Shown: positions 37,335 through 47,231 of the stretch, one piece after another
How the letters are laid out: every line of letters begins with the position of its first letter
Numbering within the stretch: position 1 is the stretch's first letter
Assembly: GCA_002167285.1 (NCBI GenBank)
Contig: NHDG01000067.1
Location: forward strand, 88,153 to 152,152
Length of the DNA stretch: 64,000 nt
Direction: 5' to 3'
DNA from: Planctomycetia bacterium TMED53
GTDB taxonomy: Bacteria > Planctomycetota > UBA8108 > UBA1146
The notes under the pieces: generated by a model
Database searches by the model: none
Told to the model about the DNA's origin: nothing
Seen by the model: the letters and a program-made list of their open reading frames with translations, nothing else
Made by a program: the position numbers and the translations under genes

Positions 37335-37472
37335 TCTGCCTCCAGATTCGGCGAGAAATCGAACGGTGCCTTGCCGTCGGCGGGTCACCCCCCTACCGTA
37401 AATTCGAATGGGGTCCAATCCCACATCGTTTTACCAAACAGAGAGCACTTTGTGCGAAGACATGGAGCCCAT

Positions 37473-38762
37473 TTGAGCGGTCCCGGTTTCGAAAAAGACC
37501 CCCGAACCATCTGGTTAATGGCCATTTGCCGCTTTGGCGAAGCTGTGGCGGTCGGCATGCTGATTCCGGCATTGCCCCTCTTTCTTGGCGGGTTGACCAC
37601 ACCTGGGGTCGATCGCTTGACCACCTCTATTGCCGAATGGTTCCCGGGATTTGCTGAATCGTTTCCAGATCTGCTCGATCCGAGCCAAGAATTCCTCACT
37701 GCGATTCTTTTTAGTATCACCGGACTGGCGATGGCAGGGGTACAAATCGTCTCCGGTCGGATCTCCGATCGCTTCGACACCCGTAAAAGCCTCATCCTTC
37801 TCGGAATGTTCCTGGGAGCGTTTTGTTCATACGCGTTGCACTTTGTTGATAGCTATTACCAACTCCTCGGTGTTCGAATTCTTCAGGGGGCATTCCTCGG
37901 AATGACGTTCCCACCGATGATGGCGATCATCGCCCGCAATGCCCCGGACAATGCCGGGGGCAAAGTCATCGGTACCTATTCAACGATTCGACTCTTGGGC
38001 TTCGGCATCGGCCCAGTGCTCGGTGGTTTTGTTGGCGATATGGGTGGCTATGACCTCGTCTTCATCGTCTCCGGATCACTACTGCTGACCAGCGTGTTAC
38101 TGGTTTCGATTCGTATCCATGATCCCAAGGAGTTTCCCGGTGGGGTCCACGCAGAGAAGCGGGATCGTCCACCGGTAGAACCGGTTTTCCGACTCCTCGC
38201 CCTGAGCATCTTTGTCATGATGGTGGGGATCAGTGCGGTGATCTCACTGTTTCCTTTTTATGAACGGGAATTCGCAGCAACCCAATCGGAGCTGGGAATG
38301 ATGTTCGCTATTTTTGTTGGCAGTCGCTGCCTGTTTCAGTACCCAAGTGGCTGGATCGGTGACCATCTCGACAAGAAGTGGCTGTTGATGTTTGGGCTGG
38401 CGGCGTTTGTACCGCTGGTCGCACTGCAAGCCCACGTTGAAAACCTGACCACACTCACCTGGATTCGCGCCGGGCTTGGTGTTGTCTCAGCAGCGATCAG
38501 TACTTCGGTGGGCGGCATCAGTGCCGAGCGCAGTCTTCCTGGCAATCGGGCGCGGACGATGGGACTGAACACCATGTCCTTTAGTTTGGGCACAGCCGTG
38601 GGGCCTAGTCTTACAGGCTTCATCGAAACCCAGAGCACCGCTTTTGCGATTCCCGCCGTTGCTGGCGGATTGCTGCTCTTATCATTGGGTGTGTTGTTAC
38701 CGTCAGATCGCCACTTCAAAAGGCTCCAAGGCTCTGCGGGTTCTACCGCTGCTGCAGCCTAA
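37473..38762 (+). CDS. MFS transporter (track start 37053 likely over-extended)
   Basis: Motif A GRISDRFDTRK and GWIGDHLDKK, about 12 TM segments. Confidence 0.9.
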   Translation: MSGPGFEKDPRTIWLMAICRFGEAVAVGMLIPALPLFLGGLTTPGVDRLTTSIAEWFPGFAESFPDLLDPSQEFLTAILFSITGLAMAGVQIVSGRISDRFDTRKSLILLGMFLGAFCSYALHFVDSYYQLLGVRILQGAFLGMTFPPMMAIIARNAPDNAGGKVIGTYSTIRLLGFGIGPVLGGFVGDMGGYDLVFIVSGSLLLTSVLLVSIRIHDPKEFPGGVHAEKRDRPPVEPVFRLLALSIFVMMVGISAVISLFPFYEREFAATQSELGMMFAIFVGSRCLFQYPSGWIGDHLDKKWLLMFGLAAFVPLVALQAHVENLTTLTWIRAGLGVVSAAISTSVGGISAERSLPGNRARTMGLNTMSFSLGTAVGPSLTGFIETQSTAFAIPAVAGGLLLLSLGVLLPSDRHFKRLQGSAGSTAAAA

Positions 38763-39253
38763 AATCGACTGAGCAAGTCTCCGGGTAGCTGTGCGAGTCC
38801 CAACAGGATCACCGCTGCCAAGATTCCCGCCGCCACATCATCGAGCAAGACTCCCCAACCGCCAGGCTTCTCTTCCAACTTACGGATGCCAAAGGGTTTC
38901 AAAATGTCGAAGAGTCGAAAGAGCAAGAAGGCAAGAATCCAAGGAGTCCAGGTTTGTGGTAACCACGGCATGACGGAAAGTGCAGCATATTGACCAGCGG
39001 CTTCATCGATGACCACCACCCCCGGATCTTTACGACCGAAAAGGGACTGAATGCGTTCACCGGGAAGAACGCAGCCCGCCATCGATATCAGAGTCAAAAC
39101 CGGAAACAAAAATGGAAGTGCCGCCTCAGGAAGTTGAAACCAAAGCAGTGCCCCCACCGCTAATGAGGCGGCAGAGCCGGCAGTTCCTGGTGCAACGGGA
39201 AAGTAACCGCTACCGAAGAAGGTCAGAATGATGCGATCGGTTTTAGCGGACAC
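38759..39253 (-). CDS. pgpA: Phosphatidylglycerophosphatase A
   Basis: APGTAGS, KDPGVVVIDE, FRLFDILKP, LDDVAAG. Confidence 0.95.
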   Translation of the reverse strand: MSAKTDRIILTFFGSGYFPVAPGTAGSAASLAVGALLWFQLPEAALPFLFPVLTLISMAGCVLPGERIQSLFGRKDPGVVVIDEAAGQYAALSVMPWLPQTWTPWILAFLLFRLFDILKPFGIRKLEEKPGGWGVLLDDVAAGILAAVILLGLAQLPGDLLSRF

Positions 39254-39916
39254 TCAAGTCACCGGGTCTGACTTTTTGCTGTTGCGCACCCCGGCCACCA
39301 GATAATCCATACCGGACCAAAGTGTCGTCACCAGCGTGCCCCAGAAGAGCGGTTCCGTCAGATTTTCGAGGAGGCCGAAGAGGGTCTTCCAGATGGACTC
39401 GTCACTCATCCCGGCGACGAAATCGCGATTGCCCTCCACCAGCATCACCGCCGGGATCAGGATCGACTGCAGAATCATCTTCAGCTTGCCGCCGATGCTG
39501 GGCGCCACCTCCTGGCCCTGGGATTCAAAATACGATTTGAGTCCACTGACCACAAACTCGCGGGTGACGACGATGACGACAAACCATGGCTTGATCAGAT
39601 CGGGGGCAAACTTCACCAGGTAGATGAGGCTGCCACAGATGACGATCTTGTCGACGAAGGTATCGGCAAGTCGACCGAACGCGGTGACCATCTTCCACTT
39701 GCGCGCCAGATACCCATCGATGGCATCGGTAGCGACACAGAGGATGAAGGCGACGGTGGCGATGTTGAGAGCCAGATGTCGATCGCCGATGCCCCAGCCC
39801 TGCAACTCCAGGGTGAGCATGGCAAAGAGCAACACGGCGATGCCCAGCCGACTGATGGTGATCAGGTTCGGCAGGTTCTTCCAGTCGCCGGATGATTTCG
39901 TGGCTGTCGAGTTCAT
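39254..39916 (-). CDS. pgsA: CDP-diacylglycerol--glycerol-3-phosphate 3-phosphatidyltransferase
   Basis: NLPNLITISR, TDAIDGYLAR..VTAFG..D..VDK, GKLK. Confidence 0.93.
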   Translation of the reverse strand: MNSTATKSSGDWKNLPNLITISRLGIAVLLFAMLTLELQGWGIGDRHLALNIATVAFILCVATDAIDGYLARKWKMVTAFGRLADTFVDKIVICGSLIYLVKFAPDLIKPWFVVIVVTREFVVSGLKSYFESQGQEVAPSIGGKLKMILQSILIPAVMLVEGNRDFVAGMSDESIWKTLFGLLENLTEPLFWGTLVTTLWSGMDYLVAGVRNSKKSDPVT

Positions 39917-39932
39917 CCCTCTCCCTGCAGGT

Positions 39933-41285
39933 TCAGGAACGGATCGGTTCGGCGATCAGGTCGTAGTCATCCATCTCGGTGATGCGACAGCGGACCAGTT
40001 CGCCCTGCTCCCCCGCTTCCTTCGGAACGCGGATGATGGAGTCTATCTCCGGAGCCTCGGCAAAGGAACGACCGAGCCACTGACCTGTTTCAGGGCACTC
40101 TTCATCGAGAAGCACATCGGTTTCACTCCCGACCCGCTCGCGGTTCCAGTCGAAGGCGACCTTCTGCTGTACCAGATACAATTCTTCCCGACGCTTCTCC
40201 TGCTCTTCCGCATCGATACGGCCGGGCAATTTTTCTGCGGGAGTGCCTTCTTCCGGAGACCAGGTGAAGACGCCGACCCGCTCCAGCTGGAACTCCTCGA
40301 CAAAGTCGATGAGCTTCTGGAACATTTCGCGGGTCTCGCCGGGGAACCCGACGATGAAGGTAGTGCGCAGAACCAAATTCGGAATTCGATCGCGCATCTT
40401 GCGAAACAGCTCGACCGTATCCTTCTCGCCCATGCGCCTCCCCATGCGCTTGAGCATGGTGTCGTCGATGTGCTGGATCGGCATGTCGATGTAAGGAATC
40501 ACTCGTTCAAGGCGGGCAACCGCATCGATCATCTCGTCGGAGAACTTGTAGGGATAGGTGTAGAGCAGGCGGATCCACTCGAGCCCTTCGACTTGGTCGA
40601 GTTGTTCCATGATCTGCGGCAGTAAGAACTCACCATCGATGTCGCTGCCGTATGAGGTCAGATCCTGACTGATCAGATTGATCTCGCGGGCTCCGTTGGC
40701 GACCAGCTCTTTCGCTTCCTGCACGACCATCTCCGGCGGCTTCGAACGGAAGCGACCGCGGAAACTGGGAATCGAACAGAAGGTGCACGGGTTGTCACAC
40801 CCTTCGGAGATTTTCAGATACGCGCTGTGGGCTGGAGTCAGCCGCAGTCGTGAATCTTCTGAATACGCCGGGTGGGTGCTATCGCCCACATGGACCCGCT
40901 CCGCCGCACGGGCCTCACGCACCTCCGCCATCAGACCGTTGAGGATCTCTGGCATCTTTGGGTACTCGGACATGCCGACGATGGCATCGATCTCGGGGAT
41001 CTCTTTGGCCAGCTCTTCCGGGTAACGCTGCCCGAGACAACCGGCGACGACGACGCGCTTGGCGGGGTCATCCTCCTTGAGGCGTACCAGGTCGAGGATG
41101 GCGTTGACCGATTCCTCCTTGGCACTCTCGATGAATCCGCAGGTATTGACCATCAGAATATCGGAGGTCTCCGGCTGCTGGGAAACCACAAAGCCCTCAG
41201 CCCCGAGCCGCCCGAGGATCACCTCGGAATCGACCAGGTTCTTGGGACAGCCCAAACTGACCATGTGGATGGCGACCGGATTCAC
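39933..41285 (-). CDS. rimO: Ribosomal protein S12 methylthiotransferase
   Basis: SLGCPKNLVDSE, NTCGFI, EGCDNPCTFCSIP radical SAM motif, TRAM domain APEID. Confidence 0.96.
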   Translation of the reverse strand: MNPVAIHMVSLGCPKNLVDSEVILGRLGAEGFVVSQQPETSDILMVNTCGFIESAKEESVNAILDLVRLKEDDPAKRVVVAGCLGQRYPEELAKEIPEIDAIVGMSEYPKMPEILNGLMAEVREARAAERVHVGDSTHPAYSEDSRLRLTPAHSAYLKISEGCDNPCTFCSIPSFRGRFRSKPPEMVVQEAKELVANGAREINLISQDLTSYGSDIDGEFLLPQIMEQLDQVEGLEWIRLLYTYPYKFSDEMIDAVARLERVIPYIDMPIQHIDDTMLKRMGRRMGEKDTVELFRKMRDRIPNLVLRTTFIVGFPGETREMFQKLIDFVEEFQLERVGVFTWSPEEGTPAEKLPGRIDAEEQEKRREELYLVQQKVAFDWNRERVGSETDVLLDEECPETGQWLGRSFAEAPEIDSIIRVPKEAGEQGELVRCRITEMDDYDLIAEPIRS

Positions 41286-41430
41286 GGGTGGCCTGACCTT
41301 TCTGCGAGACGAGACGTTACCTGTTCATGATCGCATTCTAGCATCTGCCATCAAAAGGACCATGCCACCGGGGCTTTCATCAGCAAGTTTCACCCCTGAG
41401 AATAGTTAGAACACCTTTGGAAAGGTATCC

Positions 41431-42441
41431 ATGGCGCTTCAGGGAACCCTTCGGGAATTGACGGAAATGGCCCTCACCAGCATCCGCCAGCCCTACCCCT
41501 TTTATCACGGGCAGGTTTATACCAGTACTGCTGACGTCAACATCCCCGGGGAACTGACCCCGGTCTTCAATGGTGCCTTTGACTGGCACTCGGCGGTGCA
41601 CGGGCATTGGACTCTGATCCGAGCTTTGCATGTAGATTCAGATCGATCTGAACTGGGTGATGATCACGCCGCAGAGATCGAACGATACCTCGCTGAATCC
41701 CTCAATGCAGAAGATCTCTCCCGTGAAGTCGCTTATGTCGAAGCTCACCCCCGATTCGAGGTGCCTTATGGAAGAGCATGGTTACTGACTCTTTGTGCAG
41801 AGTTACGGATGATGAAACATCCGCTGTTGACTCGCCTGGAGGACTTAGAAAGCGAAGCCCTCGGAGCCATCATCCGTTGGTGCAAGAAGCTGCATCGTCC
41901 GGTGCGCTCTGGGCAGCATGACCAATCGATGTATTCACTAGGCCATTTCTTCGATTGGGCCACTGTCGTCGGCGATACGACGAGCACCGATCGCATTCGC
42001 GAAATTGCCCTGCGTCACCATGCTGATGACCAACAACTGCCCTTGCACCTGGAGCCATCGAATCACGATTTCCTGTCACCCACTTTAGAAACAGCGGATC
42101 TGCTGCGGCGTGTGTTGTCCCCCGCAGATCTGAAAACATGGCTACAGCAGGCGGCCCCTGCACTCCTCGATGGTTCCTGGCCCAACGAACCGGTGACCTG
42201 CCCCGACCCCACCGATGGAAAACTCGCCCATCTAGATGGTCTCAATCTTTCACGGGCCCGGGCGCTTCAGGCCATGGCCCAACATTTCAAAAACGAAGAT
42301 ATGAATCTGTCGAGAAATCTTGCGCAACAAGCCCAAACCCATCGGCAAGCAGGACTTCAAGGGATTCACCCGGAGCATTACGCCGGGAGTCACTGGCTAG
42401 CTTCCTTTGCACTAGAAGTGATCCATTTGCGCATGAACTGA
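41431..42441 (+). CDS. DUF2891 family protein
   Basis: PVFNGAFDWHSAVHGHW, PYGRAWLL, DGKLAHLDGLNLSRA, YAGSHWLASFA. Confidence 0.85.
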   Translation: MALQGTLRELTEMALTSIRQPYPFYHGQVYTSTADVNIPGELTPVFNGAFDWHSAVHGHWTLIRALHVDSDRSELGDDHAAEIERYLAESLNAEDLSREVAYVEAHPRFEVPYGRAWLLTLCAELRMMKHPLLTRLEDLESEALGAIIRWCKKLHRPVRSGQHDQSMYSLGHFFDWATVVGDTTSTDRIREIALRHHADDQQLPLHLEPSNHDFLSPTLETADLLRRVLSPADLKTWLQQAAPALLDGSWPNEPVTCPDPTDGKLAHLDGLNLSRARALQAMAQHFKNEDMNLSRNLAQQAQTHRQAGLQGIHPEHYAGSHWLASFALEVIHLRMN

Positions 42442-42545
42442 TTCAAAGCAAATCGGATTTTTACTCACAAAGCCATTTCTGGATCTAAAGGGCTAAATTG
42501 TTTACGATGAATGTTGCCCCGCGCCCACTGTGAAAGAGGTGCTGA

Positions 42546-43385
42546 ATGCGCTCCAGGAATGTTTACGCTCTTCAATTTATTTTGGCCTTGGTCATCAGCT
42601 TATCGGCGACCGCAAAGGGTTCAGCACAAAACACGCCATTCCCGATTCCAGTTCCACCAGGGAGTGGTAGCACTGGAGGATATAATAATGATCTCGGCAT
42701 GAGCATCGCTGACATCACCGTAGAGCCGGGAGAACTTTTTGAGCTCGTCGTAGAAATCGACAACCCCAACCTGATCTTGGACTTTCAATTGTATTTGAAT
42801 TCCTCATCAGCGGCGAACTGCCAGTTTTTGATCGCCAATCTTGGGGCCGGCATCGATGCCTATTCAGCAGCGAATGGAACTCTCCCACCAGGACAGTGCG
42901 ACCTCTTTACCGAACCTTCCTCCGTATGGGCCCTCATGTTCTTTTATCCGGTTCCTTACCAAAGCTCGATTTACGGCAATGAGATCTATCGGATTAGCTG
43001 CGCTGCGGGAATGACTCCCGGAGAAGTGACTCTTCCGTGGTTTTACACCAGTAGCACTTCCATGAATGGTTTCTCTGGAGAAGTGATCGTGACGATTGCC
43101 GACCCGACACCGGCGATCACCGAAGTGATGCGCGGAGATGTCAATCTCGACAGCTCTTGCAACCTGACAGATGCCATCAACCTGCTCGACTACCTGTACG
43201 TCGGCAACTTTGAAAGCACCTGCATGGACGCTTGCGACATCGATGACTCTGGAAACGTCAACCTGGCAGATGCCGTCAATCTACTGAGTGGGCTTTTTGG
43301 CGGTGGCTTCAATCTCGAAGATGCCTGCAAAGCAGACGGTACCGCAGACAGCTTGGCAGAATGCATTGGATCTCCCTGCCCATAA
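42546..43385 (+). CDS. Exported protein with cohesin-like beta-sandwich and C-terminal dockerin-like domain
   Basis: Signal peptide; SIADITVEPGELFELVVEIDN...DFQ; RGDVNLDSSCNLTDAI...CMDACDIDDSGNVNLADAV. Confidence 0.75.
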   Translation: MRSRNVYALQFILALVISLSATAKGSAQNTPFPIPVPPGSGSTGGYNNDLGMSIADITVEPGELFELVVEIDNPNLILDFQLYLNSSSAANCQFLIANLGAGIDAYSAANGTLPPGQCDLFTEPSSVWALMFFYPVPYQSSIYGNEIYRISCAAGMTPGEVTLPWFYTSSTSMNGFSGEVIVTIADPTPAITEVMRGDVNLDSSCNLTDAINLLDYLYVGNFESTCMDACDIDDSGNVNLADAVNLLSGLFGGGFNLEDACKADGTADSLAECIGSPCP

Positions 43386-43408
43386 AGCCAATCCATAAAA
43401 ACAAATAT

Positions 43409-43444
43409 TCCCCTTGCGATGTAAATCGCAAGGGGAGTTTTTTT
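43409..43444 (+). terminator. Intrinsic terminator
   Basis: TCCCCTTGCGAT-GTAA-ATCGCAAGGGGA then G and T7. Confidence 0.9.
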
Positions 43445-43479
43445 GGTTGGATTAATGCCAAAGAAATTCGCAAATCGAA

Positions 43480-43927
43480 TTATAAATGATTACTTGATCG
43501 ATCAGCCTCATCGTCATCAGACAACAGAACACCGATCATTATTTCAAAGATGGTCAGAAACCACTTCGGGTCATCAATTCCCAGTGTAATCATTGGTTCG
43601 TTTGCGATGCCATCACTCTGGATTCCCAGTGAAAATCCGTTATCGGTGAGATACTGCGCGCCTACAACAAATCCCCCATGAGGTACACTGACAGCATCAA
43701 ACTGACTCGGAGTATTTCCTGAAGTTGCAAATCCTAAGTGAATGCCAACATTATCATTTAGTTTACGAGTCACTCCTAAGTGAACTCCCACCAACAGAAG
43801 ATCAGGTGACTAAGAACTTTTTCGCCAACGCGAATTGGTATTATTTAATGAACTCTGTGAAATCAGCGTAGTGCAATCCAGATATTGACAAAAGAAGTAT
43901 AACTTGACTTTTCTATCAGCGATTCAT
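43480..43927 (-). pseudogene. Degraded gene for an exported beta-strand-rich (outer-membrane-like) protein
   Basis: RBS AAAGAGG + ATG 43927 reads MNR**KSQVILLLSISGLHYAD (broken signal peptide), then a frameshift and in-frame TAG at 43810-43812 before the intact 104-aa beta-rich remnant. Confidence 0.5.
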
Positions 43928-44116
43928 CTAGCCTCTTTCGGGCCGCCATTGGTATTATAGTTATAGTTTCACAAATACCTGGTTTCGACTAACCACACTG
44001 ATCAGAAATCAGAAGATGCTCAAGGCAAGACGATGATGGCTAGGAACGAGCGACTTCAGTAAAGCCTAGCTCGAACTCCGGAAAAATTTTTGACCTCAAG
44101 AATCCTCGGGGGCCAC

Positions 44117-44704
44117 ATGCTTCATAAGTTTCTTTCTCTCTTCAGAAGCAAAAGAAGATACAAAAATTTTCAGGAGTACTTCTTCGCCACCGCGCTGGCC
44201 GAACTAAAGCTACCGAATGATGATATCGAAATCGACCATTACAATGGTCGCTGCTGGTCGCCAAAGACCGATTGGGTTCCGGTGGTGTTTCCTGAAAAAA
44301 TCATCGCTTTCGTTGATCAGTTACCAAAGAAAAAGCTCCAAGATTACTTCTTCCGCGGATTTGTTTCATCCAATCGCAAGTGGTTGGAAAAGTATCCTGG
44401 ATTTGAATCGTCGAATTACGGCAGAGATCGACAAACCAGGTTCAAACTCGATGAAGACTACTATCGCACACTCTCAGTAACTCGATATGGGCTTGCCCCC
44501 ATCGGTGATTGCCCTTGGTCATATCGATTTTTTGAAGCGGTGATGTGTCACTCGATCCCGGTGATTGGAAAAGACGATCAAGATATCTTTGCCGAAGACT
44601 ACGTCTACCTTCGAGATGGTACAGATCACTCCTACGATTCAGCTGCCTGTGCTGATAACTATCAAACCTTTTTGAAAAATCACACCCTCAGGCATATGCG
44701 CTAA
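44117..44704 (+). CDS. Exostosin/GT47-like glycosyltransferase domain protein
   Basis: FFRG; YYRTLSVTRYGLAPIGDCPWSYRFFEAVMCHSIPVI. Confidence 0.7.
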   Translation: MLHKFLSLFRSKRRYKNFQEYFFATALAELKLPNDDIEIDHYNGRCWSPKTDWVPVVFPEKIIAFVDQLPKKKLQDYFFRGFVSSNRKWLEKYPGFESSNYGRDRQTRFKLDEDYYRTLSVTRYGLAPIGDCPWSYRFFEAVMCHSIPVIGKDDQDIFAEDYVYLRDGTDHSYDSAACADNYQTFLKNHTLRHMR

Positions 44705-44720
44705 AAAAGAGTGACGGGCT

Positions 44721-47231
44721 TCAAGATTGGGAAGACATCTCTTCCCATTCTTCCAAAGTAACCCTGACCTCGCGAGCCTTAGAGCCCTTGAATGAACTGA
44801 CGATCCCAAACTCGCTCATCAAATCCATCAATCGTGATGCACGGGTGTAGCCGATACTAAGGCGGCGTTGCAGCAGGGTTGTAGATCCCCTACCTGTTTC
44901 GATGACGATACGAACCGCTTCATCAAAGAGCTCGTCGTCAGCTCCCGGTGTTCCATTACCTGCACCGTCCTGACGACCATCAAGGAAGTTATCGATCTCC
45001 TTCGAGAACTGCGGCTTGGCTTCATTACGTAGATGCTTGACGATCTTACGGATCTCTTTGTCATCGACGAAGGTGCACTGGGCCCTTTCCAACATCGAGG
45101 TGTTGGGGGGCAAGTAGAGCATATCACCCATACCCAAGAGCTTATCTCCACCGATGCGATCGAGAACTGTTCGTGAGTCGATCTTGCTCGCAACCTTGAA
45201 ACAGATCCGAGACGGCAGGTTTGATTTGATCAAACCGGTGACCACATCCACAGACGGCCTCTGCGTCGCCAGGATAACGTGGATCCCCACAGCCCGCGAT
45301 TTTTGAGCCAGTCGAATGATGGAAGCCTCGACCTCTTTCGAGCTGGTCATCATCAAATCTGCCAACTCGTCGATGATGATCGTCATATACGGCAACTGCT
45401 TGGGAGCCTCATCCGCCTCTTCATGACTCACCTTTTCGGTGAGCCGGGCGTATCTCTCTTCATGTTCGAGGTCGTTGTAGCTTTTCAGATCCCTGACACC
45501 GACCTTGGAAAGCAACTCGTACCGCTGCTCCATTTTGCGCACGAGCCACTCAAGTGCTGCAGGCGCTTTCTTCATATCGGTGATCACTGGGGTTAATAGA
45601 TGTGGGATGTCTTCAAATGCGGAGAGTTCAACCATCTTTGGATCGACAAGGATCAACTTCAGCTCATCGGGAGTCCTCGTCATCAACATCGATGTGATGA
45701 TCGTATTGATGCAGACCGATTTACCAGAGCCGGTCGATCCAGCGATGAGCAAGTGTGGCATCTTCGTCAAATCGGCAACGATGGGAACTCCGGCGGCGTC
45801 TTTCCCGAGGAGTAACGGCAACCCCAAATCGGAATCGGCAAACGCCCGAGATTGCAGCAACTCTTTGAGAACTACTGATTCGCGCTGCTTGTTGGGAACC
45901 TCGATCCCCACTGTTGGCTTACCAGGGATAGGCGCCACCACCCGAACACTCTTGGCGGACAAAGCCATCGCCAAGTCATCAGAGAGTCCAACGATCTTGT
46001 TGACCTTTACCCCGGGCTCAAGGGTCAATTCGTACTGAGTGATCACCGGACCGCGCTGAACATTACCCACCTTCGATTCAATCTTGAAGGATCGCAACGT
46101 TTCCTCGATTTGGGTAGCGACCTGGTTCAGCTCCTCACGGCCTTCTTCATGATTGACCTCTTTGGGGTCTTGAAGAAAGTTCAGCGGAGGAGGAGAGTAT
46201 GCTCCATCGAAGGTGAGTTGCTCTTCGTAAGCACTGACCACTGGCTCACTTTGCTCAGGGCCGAGACGAATCGTTCGAGTAATTGGAATCTCTTCCTCTT
46301 CCTCTTCTTCGTATTCCTCTTCGTCGTACTCTTCCTCGTCGTATTCTTCCTCTTCCTCATACTCTGCGTGAGGATCTTCCTCCTCATCTTCTTCGTACTC
46401 TTCTTCCTCGTATTCGTCTTCTTCTTCCTCCTCGTACTCAGCATCTTCATCGTAGATGCCGGTGTCTTCCTCCTCGTACTCTTCCTCTTCTTCCTCTTCT
46501 TCTTCCGTAGCATCACCCAGGAGAAGGTCGCGTTCTTCAGAAGTGACCTCTGAATCTTTGCGAGAGGATGAGAGACCGGAAAGCGTCTTACGAGTGGCTT
46601 CACTCGCAGTGCCTATGCCACCGGCCACTTTGCGAGCGAGATCAGGAGTCTTGCCGCCAATGCGAGCGAGGAACCCGGCTCCGATGGCCAAGAAGGTGCG
46701 TAAGAAGTGAGCGACAGGCATGCCCGTCATAAACATCAACCCGAGGCTCAGGGATAGGAAAGCGAAGATCGTCGTACCGGTCACTCCAAAAGCGTCGAAT
46801 GCCCAGCGACCGATGTAAGCACCTAAAATTCCGCCGCGATAATCAAAACCGGGTAACAACGAAACTTCAGTGAAGCGATATTCGAGGGAACAGATGGCGA
46901 TGAACAAGATTGCCAGCCCCCCGAGACGAGGCCACATCTTGTCGATGGAGATGTTGAAGAGTCTGAATCCAGCCCACACACCGATGGCTAATGCGGCGAG
47001 AAATCCCGAGATGAGACCAAAGATGGTGTAATGAGTACTCGCCAAAAACTCACCGATAAAGCCACATGCGTTAGCACTGCTTTGACCGGTGGCGACCAAA
47101 TACTGGCTGTAAAGGGCGATCATAAAAAAGGCAGTGAACCCTACCACCACCATGGCGAAGGCTTCTTGGGAGAGATTCCCCTCAGACTGACCTTGACTAC
47201 GACTGCGCTTGTTGCGACTCCGACTCATCAT
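44721..47231 (-). CDS. ftsK: DNA translocase FtsK/SpoIIIE with very acidic linker
   Basis: 4TM N-domain, GPVITQYE, MPHLLIAGSTGSGKS, IIIDELADL, ATQRPS, gamma domain LQRRLSIGYTRA. Confidence 0.97.
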   Translation of the reverse strand: MMSRSRNKRSRSQGQSEGNLSQEAFAMVVVGFTAFFMIALYSQYLVATGQSSANACGFIGEFLASTHYTIFGLISGFLAALAIGVWAGFRLFNISIDKMWPRLGGLAILFIAICSLEYRFTEVSLLPGFDYRGGILGAYIGRWAFDAFGVTGTTIFAFLSLSLGLMFMTGMPVAHFLRTFLAIGAGFLARIGGKTPDLARKVAGGIGTASEATRKTLSGLSSSRKDSEVTSEERDLLLGDATEEEEEEEEEYEEEDTGIYDEDAEYEEEEEDEYEEEEYEEDEEEDPHAEYEEEEEYDEEEYDEEEYEEEEEEEIPITRTIRLGPEQSEPVVSAYEEQLTFDGAYSPPPLNFLQDPKEVNHEEGREELNQVATQIEETLRSFKIESKVGNVQRGPVITQYELTLEPGVKVNKIVGLSDDLAMALSAKSVRVVAPIPGKPTVGIEVPNKQRESVVLKELLQSRAFADSDLGLPLLLGKDAAGVPIVADLTKMPHLLIAGSTGSGKSVCINTIITSMLMTRTPDELKLILVDPKMVELSAFEDIPHLLTPVITDMKKAPAALEWLVRKMEQRYELLSKVGVRDLKSYNDLEHEERYARLTEKVSHEEADEAPKQLPYMTIIIDELADLMMTSSKEVEASIIRLAQKSRAVGIHVILATQRPSVDVVTGLIKSNLPSRICFKVASKIDSRTVLDRIGGDKLLGMGDMLYLPPNTSMLERAQCTFVDDKEIRKIVKHLRNEAKPQFSKEIDNFLDGRQDGAGNGTPGADDELFDEAVRIVIETGRGSTTLLQRRLSIGYTRASRLMDLMSEFGIVSSFKGSKAREVRVTLEEWEEMSSQS

